Shown here: in pieces, positions 31,135 to 45,175 of the stretch
Layout: each line of letters starts with the position of its first letter
Numbering within the stretch: the first letter of the stretch is position 1
From: Octopus vulgaris
Taxonomy: Eukaryota
Direction: 5' to 3'
Assembly: GCA_951406725.2 (NCBI GenBank)
Contig: OX597819.1
Location: 25,916,001-25,980,000 of the forward strand
DNA: 64,000 nt
The notes under the pieces: generated by a model
What the model saw: the letters and a program-made list of their open reading frames with translations, nothing else
What the model was told of the DNA's origin: nothing
Databases searched by the model: none
Program-made: the position numbers and the translations under genes

Positions 31135-31600
31135 TCAAAGCTTTCGACCTTAACTGATTGGAAAGTGTTATCATCTACATGTTTTGTATTGGCACAAAAT
31201 ATGGGCTACAGAAAATATTCTGCTCATTACTTCAGATTTGCTTTTCAGTTGCTTGACCCTAACTTGTTTAGCATGTCTTTTAGTGGCTGACGATATGTGC
31301 ATCTCTCATCACGAGCAGAAGCAGTTGGGGAGCATCGTAACCATGTGTTGAGGGGAATTCTTTGGGGTTTGAATAATTCCCCATAGGAAACATGAGTGTT
31401 TCATTCATCATCTGTAAACAACCCTTACTTAGCGACGTTTTTAGCTAGATGGCTACTCGAGCTGAAGAAATTTCTAACTGGCTCCACCTGCAAGACACGG
31501 GATCACCACGTCGCGCACATATGATTGTAGTGCATGTGCCTGGTTTGCTGTTATCAGATAGGTAAATAAGGTGGGTATATTGGGCTTTATATATTTGTCC
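31135..31600. repeat. Unclassified GC-richer segment, probable interspersed repeat
   Basis: Compositionally distinct block between a SINE remnant and a microsatellite; no ORF homology recognised; single copy in this window. Confidence 0.3.
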
Positions 31601-31640
31601 CAGTTTTACTTTGTTGGCATACGGTGCTCATTCACTCAAT

Positions 31641-31828
<188 letters not shown>

Positions 31829-34349
31829 CAGTTCGAGCTGTTTTATGGGTAGTGGTAAGCCGATTACATTGACCCCACAGCTCAAGATGTACTTATTTTA
31901 TCGACCCCGTTGTGAAACTCCACCACAATGGAATTTAAGTTAGGAAGTTTAATGAGCGGAGCTACATGTCAATAAAGAAAATGTTGGATTTTAAAAAAGG
32001 GTAAGTTAAAGAGAGAACAATGCGGAACGATTAATGGGAGAAGGATGATGAATTTAACGAGAGAACACAAGGTGTTTATCGAGAATATACCTGAGACGCT
32101 TGGTATCGTACACCACCACCGGGCTGAAATATGTTTAGTACTACGAATATATATCAACGTATAAAACCGAAACATGACGAAAATATTAATCTATAACTGC
32201 CAAATTATATATTGATTTACTAGTAAAATTGTGTTGATTTTTGTCATAAGTAATCAATGCATTGCAAATGCTCATAGTGGTCAACGAAATTATAGACGTT
32301 ATTCGTTAGTTTGTCAGGTAAGTAACAGATCACGAGTCATATCAATTTCATAGCGATTAGTCACCGCAAGAAAAGAAATAGAGTTTATCATTCAGCCTAA
32401 GATTAAAAAGAGGAATGTGTACTTTGAATTTGTCGCATAAAATGAAGTTAAACACAACAACATCGAAAATAAACAAACTGGTACTCTACAAAAATGGTGA
32501 CAACCTAAATAAAGGACAGAATATTGCTCCAAAAGCTCTACATAGAAAGCAAACAAAATTCATTAACGAATACGAGATGAAAGCATTTCAACATTAATGG
32601 CAATTTTACTTAAATAAAAATCTGACATAATATTTTCACATAAACTTTTAAACGAGTATTCACCCATTCCTGAACTCTTAAGAGAAACTATACATAAAAC
32701 GGAGATGCATATTGGAGCAGATTTTTAGCAGATTTTTATTCACAAGTATTTTGGTTACGTGGAATTCAAAGCCTCAGTTATTGCTGTACTGACTTTTCTG
32801 TTTGCACCAAAGATGTTAAGATGGAATAGTTTTATGTAAGCAGTTGGTGCTCTTATTTGTTTTAGAGTCGTGTCTTTTTCTGTTTTTGTAGATTTTTCTT
32901 TTGTTGTTGGTATAAGGGCAACTTTAACTGTGTTTTATGTTCTTACCATTTCTTAACATTTCCGTGGTTGTAATTGTGCTTATATTTCTGAAACTGGCTT
33001 AGTTATCTATATATACGTATAATTACTGTGGTGCATATGTTAGGAGTGGGTTGCTGGTTGCTGTATCTTCGATGCTTCCTCGAAATTTCATAGGGTTCAG
33101 CGTTGCGTGATTGTCACTGGTTTTTCTCCGGCACCAATTTCTTCTTGGAATCTTCCATTCGCTTTCATCAATTGATGAATCGGTGATAGAGGAGAAATTG
33201 TAATAGGAGAAGGGAAACCTTATATCATCTAACTCTTGTTAGCATCTAACTCTTGTGCAATTTTTATGTTTGAGTCCTTTAACTGTTTTTGTTTTATCGG
33301 AAGACATGCATAGGGTGTATGTTTGGTCAGTTATGAATGGGTACGAGCGAATATGATAGATTACCTTTAACATTGCTGCTTTGGTGAGAAACCGTCTTGT
33401 GGTTATTGATACAAATACCTGTCATAGTGATGCTGCATCCATTCTTGTACTTGCTGTTATTTCGGCGCGCTAACAGAAGAAATACATTACTTTTCTCCCC
33501 TTCTCTGCCGTCACTACTCATTCTAGGCCAGTTTCTTTGGTATTCCAACAGCATGGTCCAGCATAATAACAATAACAGAACAATAAATATATTTCTAATT
33601 GTGTGACAAGGCCAGCAATTTTTAGGGCAGGGGATTATTCGATACCGTGGACCTTAGTTTTTTCAAGTAGTTCCTCATTTTATCGATCACGGAAAGATGC
33701 AATGCGAAGTGAGCGCTATCGGATTTGAATTTAGAACGTAACAAACAGGCAAAACATCACCCCCAAAAGCTCTGATTGTCATCTTACTGCCTTCTGTAAG
33801 GAAGATTGGAAAATTCTAACAGGGCACCATAGAACCGCTTCTTTAAAAATTTCAGGCATGATGTAAAAATTTGTATGAGTTGATACAAAAATTTGTCAAA
33901 ATGACTCTCTAAAAGGTCAGGCAAATTACCGAATACAGAAAAGTACATAAGACACAGGTGACACAATTAGGTCAATAGAACATATCCATTCAAATAGTCA
34001 GAATTAAAAGAAAGAAACGATAAAACACCGCACAAAAAATAACAAGAACTATTAAAAATGGATAATAGAAGCCAGAGTAATATGAAATAATGAACTAAAG
34101 GGTAGAAATAAGATAATAGGTATGAATAAAACTGCCCACCCGAGTTATAAAATACAGAGAAGAAACTGGAATTGAGTTCCACCGACGAAAAATATCATAA
34201 AGAAAAGAAACAATGCATAAAAAATGGTCGGACAAAATCAGATGGAATTGTATATGATAGCAAAATATGTGGCAAAACGTCAATAGGTACTCAGAACCTT
34301 AATAGTTTCGGCATCAAAAGAGAGAGAGAGAGAGAGAAAGCGACAGAGG

Positions 34350-34381
<32 letters not shown>

Positions 34382-35869
34382 ATAGGAGTTGAGATCTGGA
34401 CAGCTTACGCGTAGAAGCGAAATCGCATTTGATTTTAGTTGCACGGAATTAATTCCTAATCATAAATAAGTTCAAAAATAAGAAAATGAAAAAAAAAATG
34501 CTAAAATGAAGCAACGTCTATGCAATCAGTGCAATGAAACAATTCAGACATCGTTTCCGGCCGTACAGTCGTTGGCAACTTCAAATATATTCAAACGCAC
34601 GTACGAATCAGCGACAGGAAATCATCGTACAATATGTCAGCTCCTCGACATGAACACGGATAAATTGGAATACGCATCTGTTAAACACTGCACACGACAT
34701 CTCTCTGGCAATAATCATCTGGAACGCACTTATGCTAACGTTCAAGGAAGTGTAAGCTAGGTTTCCAGCTAAAGTTATCCATGATTGGAATGAAACTAAA
34801 GTTTCTCTATTCTGATAGATATCTTGAACCATTCTCATCTAAACATTGCCTCGGAAATCGGTGGAGACACTGGCCCTGAAGTTAAAACAAACAGGTATAG
34901 GAGAATAACGTGAAAACTTCCAATGATAATTGAGCCAAAGCACATGATACAATAATATAGGCAAAAGCATTAAAATATATCAGGTTCCACCTTACACTGT
35001 GAAGAGATTGTTGTGCTACAAATAACTTTCTAAGCAAGACATTTTAAATTCAATTCAAGCACAATACAATCAGTGCATTATTTGCTCATAAAATATATCC
35101 TGTACAATTATCACCCAATAAAACAATGCAACTCACACATCACATAATCAACAGATTTGTCACCTTGTAATATAGTACAACGCACACTCTACACAACCGC
35201 CATTGTTCGACAGTTAAATAAATAACCCTAATCATAAATCACACACGAAACACAAACGCCACCAAAGAAAATAATGGAACCCTCTTTCGAAATATTTCAA
35301 GTAAAATATGAAACATTAACATAACACATAAACCAATGAAAAAGATCGCGCAACAAAGGAAAAATCTTGCTTACGAAATTGTATAGCATAGTAAGAAAAT
35401 GTTTTTGCCCGTATAAACACCACAGAGGTACAACTTGTCGTTCCGTAGAAACTTGCACAAAACTGATTGAATTGTGAGGATAATTGGCACAGCCAGAATT
35501 ATCAGGAAATTATTATATGGCTGAATAGAACATATGACATGATACTGTAGGCTGCAAGCAGCAAGCCCGTTGCGCATACAAGACTCCAAGCGTTCCAACA
35601 AAACCTGATTTAGAAACAATAATGGTCTCAATTTTTGGTAGAGGACAAGCAAAAGCAGTTTTTGAGGGGAGGGCAAAATTGTTAGCATCGACCCCAGGAC
35701 TTGATGGTACCTTTTTTATTGACTCCGAAAGAGAGAAAGGGCAATGTTGACGTCTGTGGTATTTTAACGTAGAACGTAAAGAACGGAGATAAAGTCCTCT
35801 AAGCATTCCCCGGCGTGGTGTCCATTCTGCAACTCGATGTCGTCTTGATCATAACGACATTTTACCAAT

Positions 35870-36920
35870 AGAACAAAAAGGATGTAGGAATGAATACAGA
35901 ACAAGTATTGATAGACAAAATCGTAATGCAAGATTATTAGCGAAGAGGGACAAATTTTGGAATGTCCTAGATTGATTATTTCAAAGCTAATAAGTCCACA
36001 TTCGTGAGTGAATAGATATGTTTGGAATTGCAAGAAATGTAACATGTTTTTGAAGAGATGCATGTAAGGTTGGAAAACGGATTTGAGATCGTACGGATAA
36101 AGCTTGGCCATTAAGACAAGTATTTTCCAAGGATTTGATTACATTGCATGATCCCTCTGACATTGGTGATGAGGAAAGTGACCTGCCATCTTATTTCTAT
36201 GGAAAAACACAAATAATCAACTATTTTGGATGATTTGAAGTTGTATGACAAGGATGAGGTACAAGTCAGTTCCGAAGTTAATACGATCCATGGTTTTAGT
36301 GCTGTAGTTTAGATGGCAGTGTGGTGGTACAATGTGCCTGAAATGAGGCAAGGTACAGTCCTTGAAAGGGATAGAATTCCTAATTATGGACGTCATGAAA
36401 CAAATTGAAAAGGAAGCTATAAGTACCGTGGTGTACAAAGGTCCGTTGAAGTCATGGTGAAGAAAATAAAAATACAGCTGAGGAAAGAAAATTTCCAAAC
36501 ACAAAGTTTAGTGTTGCGCTCCAAATTGAGTGGATGAAATGAAATTCAACATGGGCGATAGCATCACCGGTATGGTGCTGGGATCATAAACTAGCCAAAG
36601 AAAGTACTGGTGAACATGGATATGAAGACAAGGATTTGACTGAGTATTCCATCCCCAGAGTGACCACCCATAGGTTGTACATGCCCAGAGAAAGTGAAGG
36701 AGTGGTGTGATAAGCTGCCATGATTGTGTTGAATCAGAGGAAAACAGCTTAGAGTTGTATGTAAGAAATACCGGGGAACCATAGTTGATACATGTGAAGG
36801 AGTCAGGTATCATCAAATCTGATAACTGTGCTAAAAACAGAAATGAAAGTGGAAAAAAATATGAACAAAGAAGGGTCATGGAAAGTAGGGAATATGTACG
36901 GTCCGTTTGCAAGAGATACG
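35870..36920 (+). mobile_element. Heavily decayed Dong/R4-clade non-LTR reverse transcriptase region
   Basis: Fragments in the expected order: EQVLIDKIV, MS*IDYFKA, SIFQG..MIPLTLVMRK, LFLDDLKLYDKDE..VNTIHGFS, DMKTR..HP...RLYMPR..DCVESEENSLELYV (R4/Dong: LFMDDLKLY, HP.xDxxRLYxPR); many stops and frameshifts. Confidence 0.8.
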
Positions 36921-37119
36921 ATAATTTTTTGGCCATCGTGGGAACGTCCGGACAATTCATACACTTGTGTGCCGCTCATACACTCCTCTCCATACACTTT
37001 CTGAATAGGTATCGCTATGATAACTTTCTCTGTCATGGCCAGTGCGGCGATCACACGCTACACATGTTCCTATCAAGCACTGCTGTAAACACAAGAAGTG
37101 AGCTAGTAAGTTAAAACTT

Positions 37120-37193
37120 TGTGCGCATGCACAGCGGAGTTCAATTGGGAAGCCGCTTTACTCTGCGTGCTTTAACTTCGTTGCCATGGTAAC
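37120..37193. promoter_or_regulatory. Candidate regulatory element: NRF1-like TGCGCATGCACA (37122-37133) plus perfect RFX X-box GTTGCCATGGTAAC (37180-37193)
   Basis: 14/14 match to GTNRCC-N2-RGYAAC; 11/12 match to YGCGCAYGCGCR; locally CpG-richer, not within a recognised repeat. Confidence 0.5.
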
Positions 37194-37346
37194 AGTCCTG
37201 ATAACTACTAATCGGACCTCATAAGTTAAAAGACAAAATAAAGTTTATATAGACTTCCATCAAAGCAGAAAATACCTCCCCTTGTGTGTGACCATTTGCT
37301 TCTGTGTTCTGGTTTCCACTTAACCCACGTAATTTCTCCGTTTCAG

Positions 37347-37591
37347 AAATGTCATTGACGATATCGGGGTTGAGGAATTTGCAAAACGTCTATCCCTGGT
37401 GCTAGTTTACATAATTCTCTTTCGTACCATTTTTCGTCAGCTTTTATTAAAATTTTGGTTTACGCCGTCTCTACGTAATCAGAACCCATACACGCAAAAC
37501 TGCAATGGAATTCATCCCAAAATAGTTGAACAATTCTTTGTCTTTCGACAGTTCTCATTTAATTTTACGAAGAACTATGCAATTCAGTGGG
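37347..37591 (+). other. Candidate internal exon of an unidentified gene
   Basis: Branch-like cttaac, pyrimidine tract ttctccgtttcag|, 81 open codons (NVIDDIGVEEFAKRLSLV...NYAIQW), donor g|gtatgt; no recognised homology. Confidence 0.25.
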
Positions 37592-40018
37592 GTATGTAAA
37601 AACTGGAATTTCATATACATAATTTGCTTGCCTTGCTTTTGTATGTGGTGTGTGTTTGTGCGTGCGAGCATGTGTGAATTTAGTATACTAATACGGACAC
37701 TTTCATTGATTTGATCTCTCTCTAAAACGGAGACGGAGGTAAAGAAAGAGATAGAAAGAAAGAACATGCATAATCGCAAAAGAAACGTATGCATGTGTCC
37801 ATTTGAAATGTTTCTATTGTTTATCAGATATGGTGGATATTGTGATGCACTGCTGTACTTCACGAAGATTATTGTACAGGAAGCTTTTCAGCGATATTTA
37901 TATCATTATTTCCATTACCGAATCAAACTTATCTGCATAACTTATCTATATTCAAAATACATTCTATATTCAAGGCATTATATGAGGCCCATTATATTCG
38001 TGTATATAGATAATATTGATAAAAGGCAGTCATAAATACAAAATGTTAAGAAAAGTACAATATTCGCAACGGAAATATCTACTGCTTTAGTTTTCAATTA
38101 TTTAAGTAATTGAGAAGGCGCATGACCTAGTGGTTAGGGAAATTGGCTGTTGGTCAGGAGGTTGTTAATCCGATTCCAGGTCCGGAGCAATATTGGGCAA
38201 TTTTTCAATATTCCAGTCTTGTCCTTTCAGCTGAAAAGAAATGAGTATTTATACCGACCAGAACATGACTAGCACATCATCATTAACATGTCAGCAACAC
38301 AATGAACAGCCGTCAAAATGAAATGGTATACATCGATCAGTGATTTCTAGTTCCATCGCTTTTGACTTATTCTATATCAATGAACCGACTAATAAAATCG
38401 GTCACTGCCAGATATGAACTTCGAGGAAAACTAAATTTTCCATGGCGTTTATTGCAGCACTCTGAAGCTTCTTCAAACTTCTGAAAGGTATTAATGTACA
38501 CAATTGTAAAGACGAAATGACCACATTCCTATTTGCTTGGCAAATATCTTTGAATTCTATTTGTCTCCAGATTTAAATACAACACGTCCACATCTGTATA
38601 TGTCATTTTCTCAACAGCTCTGAAGAATCGAACAAAATTACGAAATTATTACAGTTATTGGTGTCATTTATATTACAGAAAGATTATTTACGATCTTAAT
38701 AGAAATGTTCGAATACATTTAATTATAATGTTTATCGGGGAACTGCACAAGTTCCAGCATTACTTCCCTACGTACATCAATGCCAAAATATATGAGACAA
38801 CACTGAATTTCCTCCTTGATATTAAACACAAATAATTAACTGATTTCAATTTTATAAGGGTCGAAATATCTACTGTAAGTTACAAAATATGATGATAATT
38901 TATTTTCGAACGCAGAAACACCTTTAGAACAGCAGAAATATTGGATAAATTACGTTTACAAAGCGTAAAAATGTGTCAACAAATAGCCTTTGGTGTTTGT
39001 TAACAGATGTCTCCGCTTTGTAAGCGTAACTTCCCCAGTATTTCTGATGTTCTAACGGAGTTTCTGCGTTCAAAAAATAATTTATCCTCTTACTTCTCAT
39101 CCTAAAATACACATTTCGAAGTTTATAAAAGAAACAAATGTTATTTTGTTTATATTTATATACAAGTAATTGTATAATTAGCATTATAGTGTCTAAATTC
39201 ACGAATTAATTTGTTAGTGGTCAGTTTAGCTTAATAAAAACGCACTTGACCGGATTATTTGAGAGTTGTCGTTTCGTATGCAATGGCTGTTAGGCGACAC
39301 ATTTTTGTCCGCTTTGTAAAGGTATTTTATCCAATATTTCTGGTGTTCCAATCGCTTTTCTGCGATCTAATATAAAATTAGCATCTTATATCTTACAATA
39401 TATATATATATATATATTTCATATTTTGGACTAATGGGTATATGTCGATTAGTGTATTGAGGTGCTGAGTAGAGCATTGGCACATTTTGCGCTACATGGT
39501 GTCATCCGCAGTCGGGGTATATCTCTGTTGGATCTACTTCAGGAGCCCTGCAGTGTTAGTTGAGATAATACTAATAATTTCTTAAGTAATGAGAAGAAGG
39601 ATTTAATGTTCGTTTCGACCCATGCTGCTACTGTCTCTTATACATGGGACTCCGCTCAACATGCGTTCCTGCAACAATTTTGAAGTGTCGGTTTCATCAG
39701 TTATATCTATACATAAAGGTGTGTCTTGCTAAAATCCTGTGCTTTGGCTGTCGTGTTGTTATATGCTCGTCTGGTTAGCGATGAAACATTGCCACTATTT
39801 TCAGTTGCTATTATCTTTCTTGAATAAGGGTTGCAAACACTTGTAAATATAGACAAAATAATCATTGATAAAAAAATTGTAGGGGAAGTTAATGGCTGGA
39901 CAGGGATGGATTGAGTTACATTGCGTTTAAGACAGAGGAATGGTGCTAGAAGAAGGTAGAGGCACACACAAACACACACACGCACACACACACATATATA
40001 TAAATATATATATATATA

Positions 40019-40057
<39 letters not shown>

Positions 40058-40144
40058 TATAATTATTAGGGAAGATTAATTCCAAATCCATAGGGATGAG
40101 ACGTTCAAATTAGAGATAACAAAGTGATCTTCTCTTAATATTTT

Positions 40145-40381
40145 TTGCTATAGGTAGGCACTTAGCCTGAGATTTTCAGGGTTGGGATCTTGACGATTAT
40201 ATCAACACTAGTGCTCAACTTGTATTTATTTTATGGATCGCGTAAGGATACAAGGAACACTGGATCTTGGTGGCATTTGATCTCAGAACACAAAGACAGA
40301 CGAAATGCCGCTGAGCATTTTGTCCGTCGTAATAACGATTCCCCCAGTTCACCGCCTTACACATATTTCTCTCTCTCTCTC

Positions 40382-40385
<4 letters not shown>
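40145..40385 (-). mobile_element. Old family-A SINE plus flank, duplicated directly at 41554-41800
   Basis: Both copies share non-consensus sequence caaggaacactggatcttggtggcatttgatctcagaaca and the flank cacatatttctctctc. Confidence 0.85.
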
Positions 40386-40421
<36 letters not shown>

Positions 40422-40702
40422 CTAAAAGGTCTAGGGAATGAAATGTTGTATAGCTAGCTTAGATCAGGATGCGTATATACACATGCGCATACACACTCTC
40501 GATCCTACATGCACTCACACAACGGACGTTGGCTAATCCGTTCATGAGGTCAATCTCAGTCGTAGTTCGTATAATCTATGGTTGAAAGATAACATTATGA
40601 GGAGCATGTCGTCACGGTCGCCTCGAGACTAGGACAGCTCGCAAACAGTCTGACTCGCTCCAGATTTATATCACCGTGGGTGTATCAAACACCCGTACGT
40701 CT

Positions 40703-40930
40703 CGGCGAGCTGGCAGAAACGTTAGCACGCCGGGCGAAAAACTTAGCGGTATTTCGTCTGCCGTTACGTTCTGAGTTCAAATTCCGCCGAGGTCGACTTT
40801 TCCTTTCATCCTTCCGTGGTCGATAAATTAAGTACCAGTTACGAACTGGGGTCGATATAATCGACTTAATCCCTTTGTCTGTCCTTGTTTGTCCCCTTTA
40901 TGTTTAGCCCCTTGTGGGTGGTAAAGAAAT
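40703..40930 (+). mobile_element. tRNA-derived SINE, family A (well-preserved copy)
   Basis: ggcgagctggcagaaacgttagc (A box), gagttcaaattcc (B box), gccgaggtcgacttttcctttcatcc core, tail ...ccccttgtgggtggtaaagaaat. Confidence 0.93.
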
Positions 40931-41425
40931 ATATATATATAGACATTATACACCCCTGCACCCATATATAGACATTACAGCCTGCATATCTATCTCCCTC
41001 ATTTCTTCTTGTACCACTCCTCCGTCTTAAATTTAATGTAACTCAATCCATCACTGTCCATCCATTAACTTCTACGATTGTTTTTTTTATCAACAATTAT
41101 TTGTCTATATAGACAAGTGTTTGCAACTCTCATTGAAGAAAAATAATAGTAAATGAAAATTATAACAATGTTTCATTCTCTAATCAGACGGGCATATAAC
41201 AACCTGACAACCAAAACTCAGGATCTTTAGCGAGACAGAACTTTATGCATGGTTATACCTGATGAGACCATGACTTCAAAATTGATGCAGCACAACATAT
41301 AGAACGGAGTCCGAACCTTAAACGGCATTGGCAGGATGGGTCGAAACGAACGTTGTACAAAATATAATAATGATTAATGACAAATCTATCTTCTCGTTAC
41401 TTAAGAAATTATTATTATTATTATT

Positions 41426-41501
<76 letters not shown>

Positions 41502-41553
41502 GAGAGAGAGAGAGATAGAGAGAGAGAGTTATATATATATTTATACATGTTTC

Positions 41554-41866
<313 letters not shown>

Positions 41867-41985
41867 GAGAGGAATTATAAAAAGGCAGAATGCTAAATTG
41901 AAGGCAAATTTTAATAAAAATGGGTGTATGGAGAATTAAAAAAACAATAACTCAAACCAATTTTCATCGCAAAGCAAATTTTCAA

Positions 41986-42081
41986 GTTAAGGGAGCGTAA
42001 ACACACCAGCATTGGTTGTCAAGCGATGTTGGGGGAACAAACACAGACACACAAACGTATATACACATACATACATATATA

Positions 42082-42141
<60 letters not shown>

Positions 42142-44197
42142 AACAGAACCCAAAAGTGTTCTATTCTTATGCAAATAAGCATAGAACCACTGTCTCACCT
42201 ATTGGGCCATTGATTGATGAAAACGGCATTCCCCAACACGATGCTAAAGAAATGGCAGAAATACTGCAGAAACAATATTGCTCTGTCTTCAGTGTTCCCA
42301 CTGATATTGATGTGAGGGAAACGAACGAAGCTGACTCCCAACACAAAATCGCAGACATAACCTTCACTGCCACCGACATCGTAGCAGCAATAAATGAGGT
42401 CAAACATTACTCCGCTGTAGGCCCTGATAGATTTCCCGCCAGTCTCCTGAAGGAATGTAGATATCAACTTGCAGTCCCTCTGACCAACCTCTGGAGAAAC
42501 TCATTAGACGCAGGTTATATACCGAATAAGTTTCTATCCCAGTCGGTCATCCCGGTTTTCAAACAGGGAAACAGATCCCTCGCAGTCAACTATCGCCCAA
42601 TCTCACTCACCTCCCACATCATTAAAGTGTTTGAAAGAGTGTTAAGATCAAGGATAGCTGACTTCCTGGAGACCCACAAACTCCTAAATTCAAATCAACA
42701 TGGCTTTCGCTGTGGCAGGGACTGTCTAACACAGCTCTTACACCACATTGAAGATGTACTCAAAGCCTTGGGAACAGGTTCGAACTCTGACGTCATATAC
42801 CTTGACTTCAGTAAAGCGTTCGACAGGGTAGACCATAACATCCTACTCTCAAAATTGGCAAATGTTGGAATCCGTGGAAGAGTTCTACACTGGATTCAGT
42901 ATTTCCTAGCGAATAGAACACAACATGTTGTAGTTGATGGAGTCCACTCAAACCCAGCAAAAGTCACCAGCGGTGTTCCCCAGGGAACTGTTTTGGGTCC
43001 GCTACTCTTCATAATTTATGTAAACGAACCTTTCCAGTGTCGTACATCACTGCAAAGTGAAAATATTCGCTGATGACACTAAGCTCCAGCAAATCGTCAA
43101 TGAAGAAGCAGACCGAACTCAACTCCAGTCTGACCTATATGCTGTGAGTCAATGGGCAGACAGAAACAAAATGCAACTGAATGAGGGAAAATTTGAGCTG
43201 ATGCATTTTGGAAGAAATTCCTCACTAAAACAACCATACTCTCTTCCTTCAGGGGAACCGCTCACAGCCTCTAACAATATCAGAGACCTGGGTGTAATTG
43301 TTGATGACGATCTCAGTTGGAGTGCACACATCAACAAGAAGGTCGATACAGCTCGTAGGATGAGTTCCTGGATCTTAAGAACTTTCCGGTCCAGAGAACA
43401 AGGTGTCATCATACCACTTTTTTCATCCTTTGTACGGCCACACCTTGAATACTGCTGCCCACTGTGGTCTCCTCACACAAGACAAAACATCTCCAGAATT
43501 GAGTCACCCCAGAGGGCTCTCACTAAACAAATTGAAGGCATGGCTGCTCTCGACTATTGGGATCGCCTTAAAGCCTTGAAACTTTACTCCCTCCAGCGTC
43601 GCCGTGAGCGGTACATCATTTGTACGATGTGGAAAATATACCGCCAACTTTGCCCAAACGACCTAAACATTAGCTTCAAGGTTCATCCGAGACTTGGACC
43701 ACGGGCTATACGTCCCCTGCCAAATTCAAGATCACAACATACATGTACACTGCAACATAATTTCTTTTCCTCAACAGGCCCTGCCCTATTTAACATTGTC
43801 CCGAGGGAGATCAAAGAGGAAAAGGATCCCATCAACTTCAAACAGAGTCTGGATGGATTCCTTCAAAGAATACCAGACAAGCCACACATAATTGGATACA
43901 ACTCACCCAACAAGAACTCACTACTTGAACAAAACTTGACTTAAACAGGATTCGAATAATCCTATCAGGTGGTGCTATTAAGTTAGACATGGCCTGGACC
44001 AATCTCTGGTCGAAACATATCTAAGTTTTATCTAAGTTTTATATATATATATATATATACGATGGGTTTCTTTCAGTTTCTTTGGTCGGCCCGAGGCTAT
44101 AGTATAAGATATTCACCCAAGGTGCCACGCAGTGGGACTCAACTCGGAACCATGTGGTTCGCAAGCAAGCTAGTTACCACACAGCCACTCCCACGCC
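41986..44197 (-). mobile_element. Family-B SINE split by the LINE insertion (halves 41986-42136 and 44041-44197)
   Basis: Left half cgtaaacacaccagcattggttgtcaagcgatg..cacagacacacaaac(TA)n and right half (TA)n acgatgggtttctttcagtttc..ccaaggtgccacgcagtggg..cagccactcc are contiguous in intact copies (e.g. 61617-62021). Confidence 0.88.
42137..44040 (+). mobile_element. 5'-truncated CR1-group (CR1/L2/Jockey-like) LINE: ORF2 reverse transcriptase, C-terminus and 3' UTR, one +1 frameshift
   Basis: NYRPISLTS, QHGFR, YLDFSKAFDRVDH, SGVPQGTVLGPLLF, FADDTKL, RDLGVIVD, VRPHLEYC, LYSLQRRRER; removing one A near 43027 joins the two ORFs (YVNDLSSVVHHCKVKIFADD); ends in stem-loop gacc..ggtc and tandem atctaagtttt x2. 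Confidence 0.96.
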
Positions 44198-45175
44198 TAG
44201 ACTGACAGCTTTTATAGAATCAAAGGAGATATTTAAAATTTCTATTCGTTACTTACATTACTTCGCTAGTTCGATTGATGATATATTTGATAATTATTTT
44301 ATATAAGACACATTTCAATATCGAAGAAAAAATCTTTTAATAGTAAATTGCAAAATTGACAAAATAGAGTGAGAAATAGGTTGAAAATATATTTTATTTA
44401 GATAGTATAAAGATGCGTTTTTCTATAAAATCTTTTATGGTTGTTTCACACGAAATTATATTATGTATCTCTTCCATAAAATGTGTGTATCGTGAATAGT
44501 ATTAAATAAATTACTCTGAAAAGATAAAAGGAGTAAATCATTCGGTTTAAAAGCACCGCTATTCAATATGATTATAGTTATTGACCTTTTACAAGTTAAT
44601 GTTTAATTAATGATGAACACATGGTAAAATATATCAAATGATACGCTAAACAGTAAAACAATTGAGAGTTGAAATTAGATTATATGATACTATAGGAAAA
44701 TAAATGTGTACATATGGTGAGATAGTAACGTAATGCCCCAATTGTTTATGTTAACAGTCAATCGGGTTCTGTTTTTTTCTTTTTAGGTTTTTGTCGGCTC
44801 CATATCGATCGACCTATGTACATGTTAATTCTATACGCTAACTGCCTCTCCTGACATATTTACGACATTTACAGTCATTTTATGCTATGAAATATAGATG
44901 AATATGTTGGCTGATAAAAAGATATTTTGTGAGATAAAAGTACTGAAATGTTACTAGATTGCTCATTAGCTGGATTCATTTTTCATTACATGTGATAACG
45001 AATGCATAGAGAAGTGCACATACTGTGTATTTGCTTAATAAAAATCTAACCAATTTGCTTGAAATAATTAAAAAAAGCTAAAAAAAGTTTTCACCAGGTT
45101 AATAGATATAATAGTTAACTCTGTATCCGTTGGGCATTGCTAAAACAATATACATAGTATATGTATATGTATATA

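Larger units (their letters stand above)
39570..41415. repeat. Diverged ~400-bp inverted repeat (39570-39963 / 40997-41415), each arm with a hammerhead-like core
   Basis: ttgcaaacacttgtaaatatagacaaa vs tttgtctatatagacaagtgtttgcaa; plus arm ttatac-CTGATGA-GACC...GGTC-GAAAC-gaac-GTT-gtacaa (41253-41360); mirrored core at 39602-39706. Confidence 0.8.

Noticed and set aside
32750-33400. Strand-asymmetric T-rich block, possible decayed LINE ORF1 on the minus strand
   Set aside because: No diagnostic motif could be recovered by eye.
34506-34760. 84-aa ORF with a CxxC motif
   Set aside because: Short, no second metal-binding pair at a recognisable spacing, and no splice or homology support.
40703-40790. 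tRNA genes suggested by A/B boxes
   Set aside because: Heads of SINEs that continue into a shared SINE body; no cloverleaf or terminator seen.
42012-42136. N-terminal extension of the 353-aa RT ORF
   Set aside because: Comes from SINE and (TA)n read-through; the LINE begins at ~42137 and is 5'-truncated.
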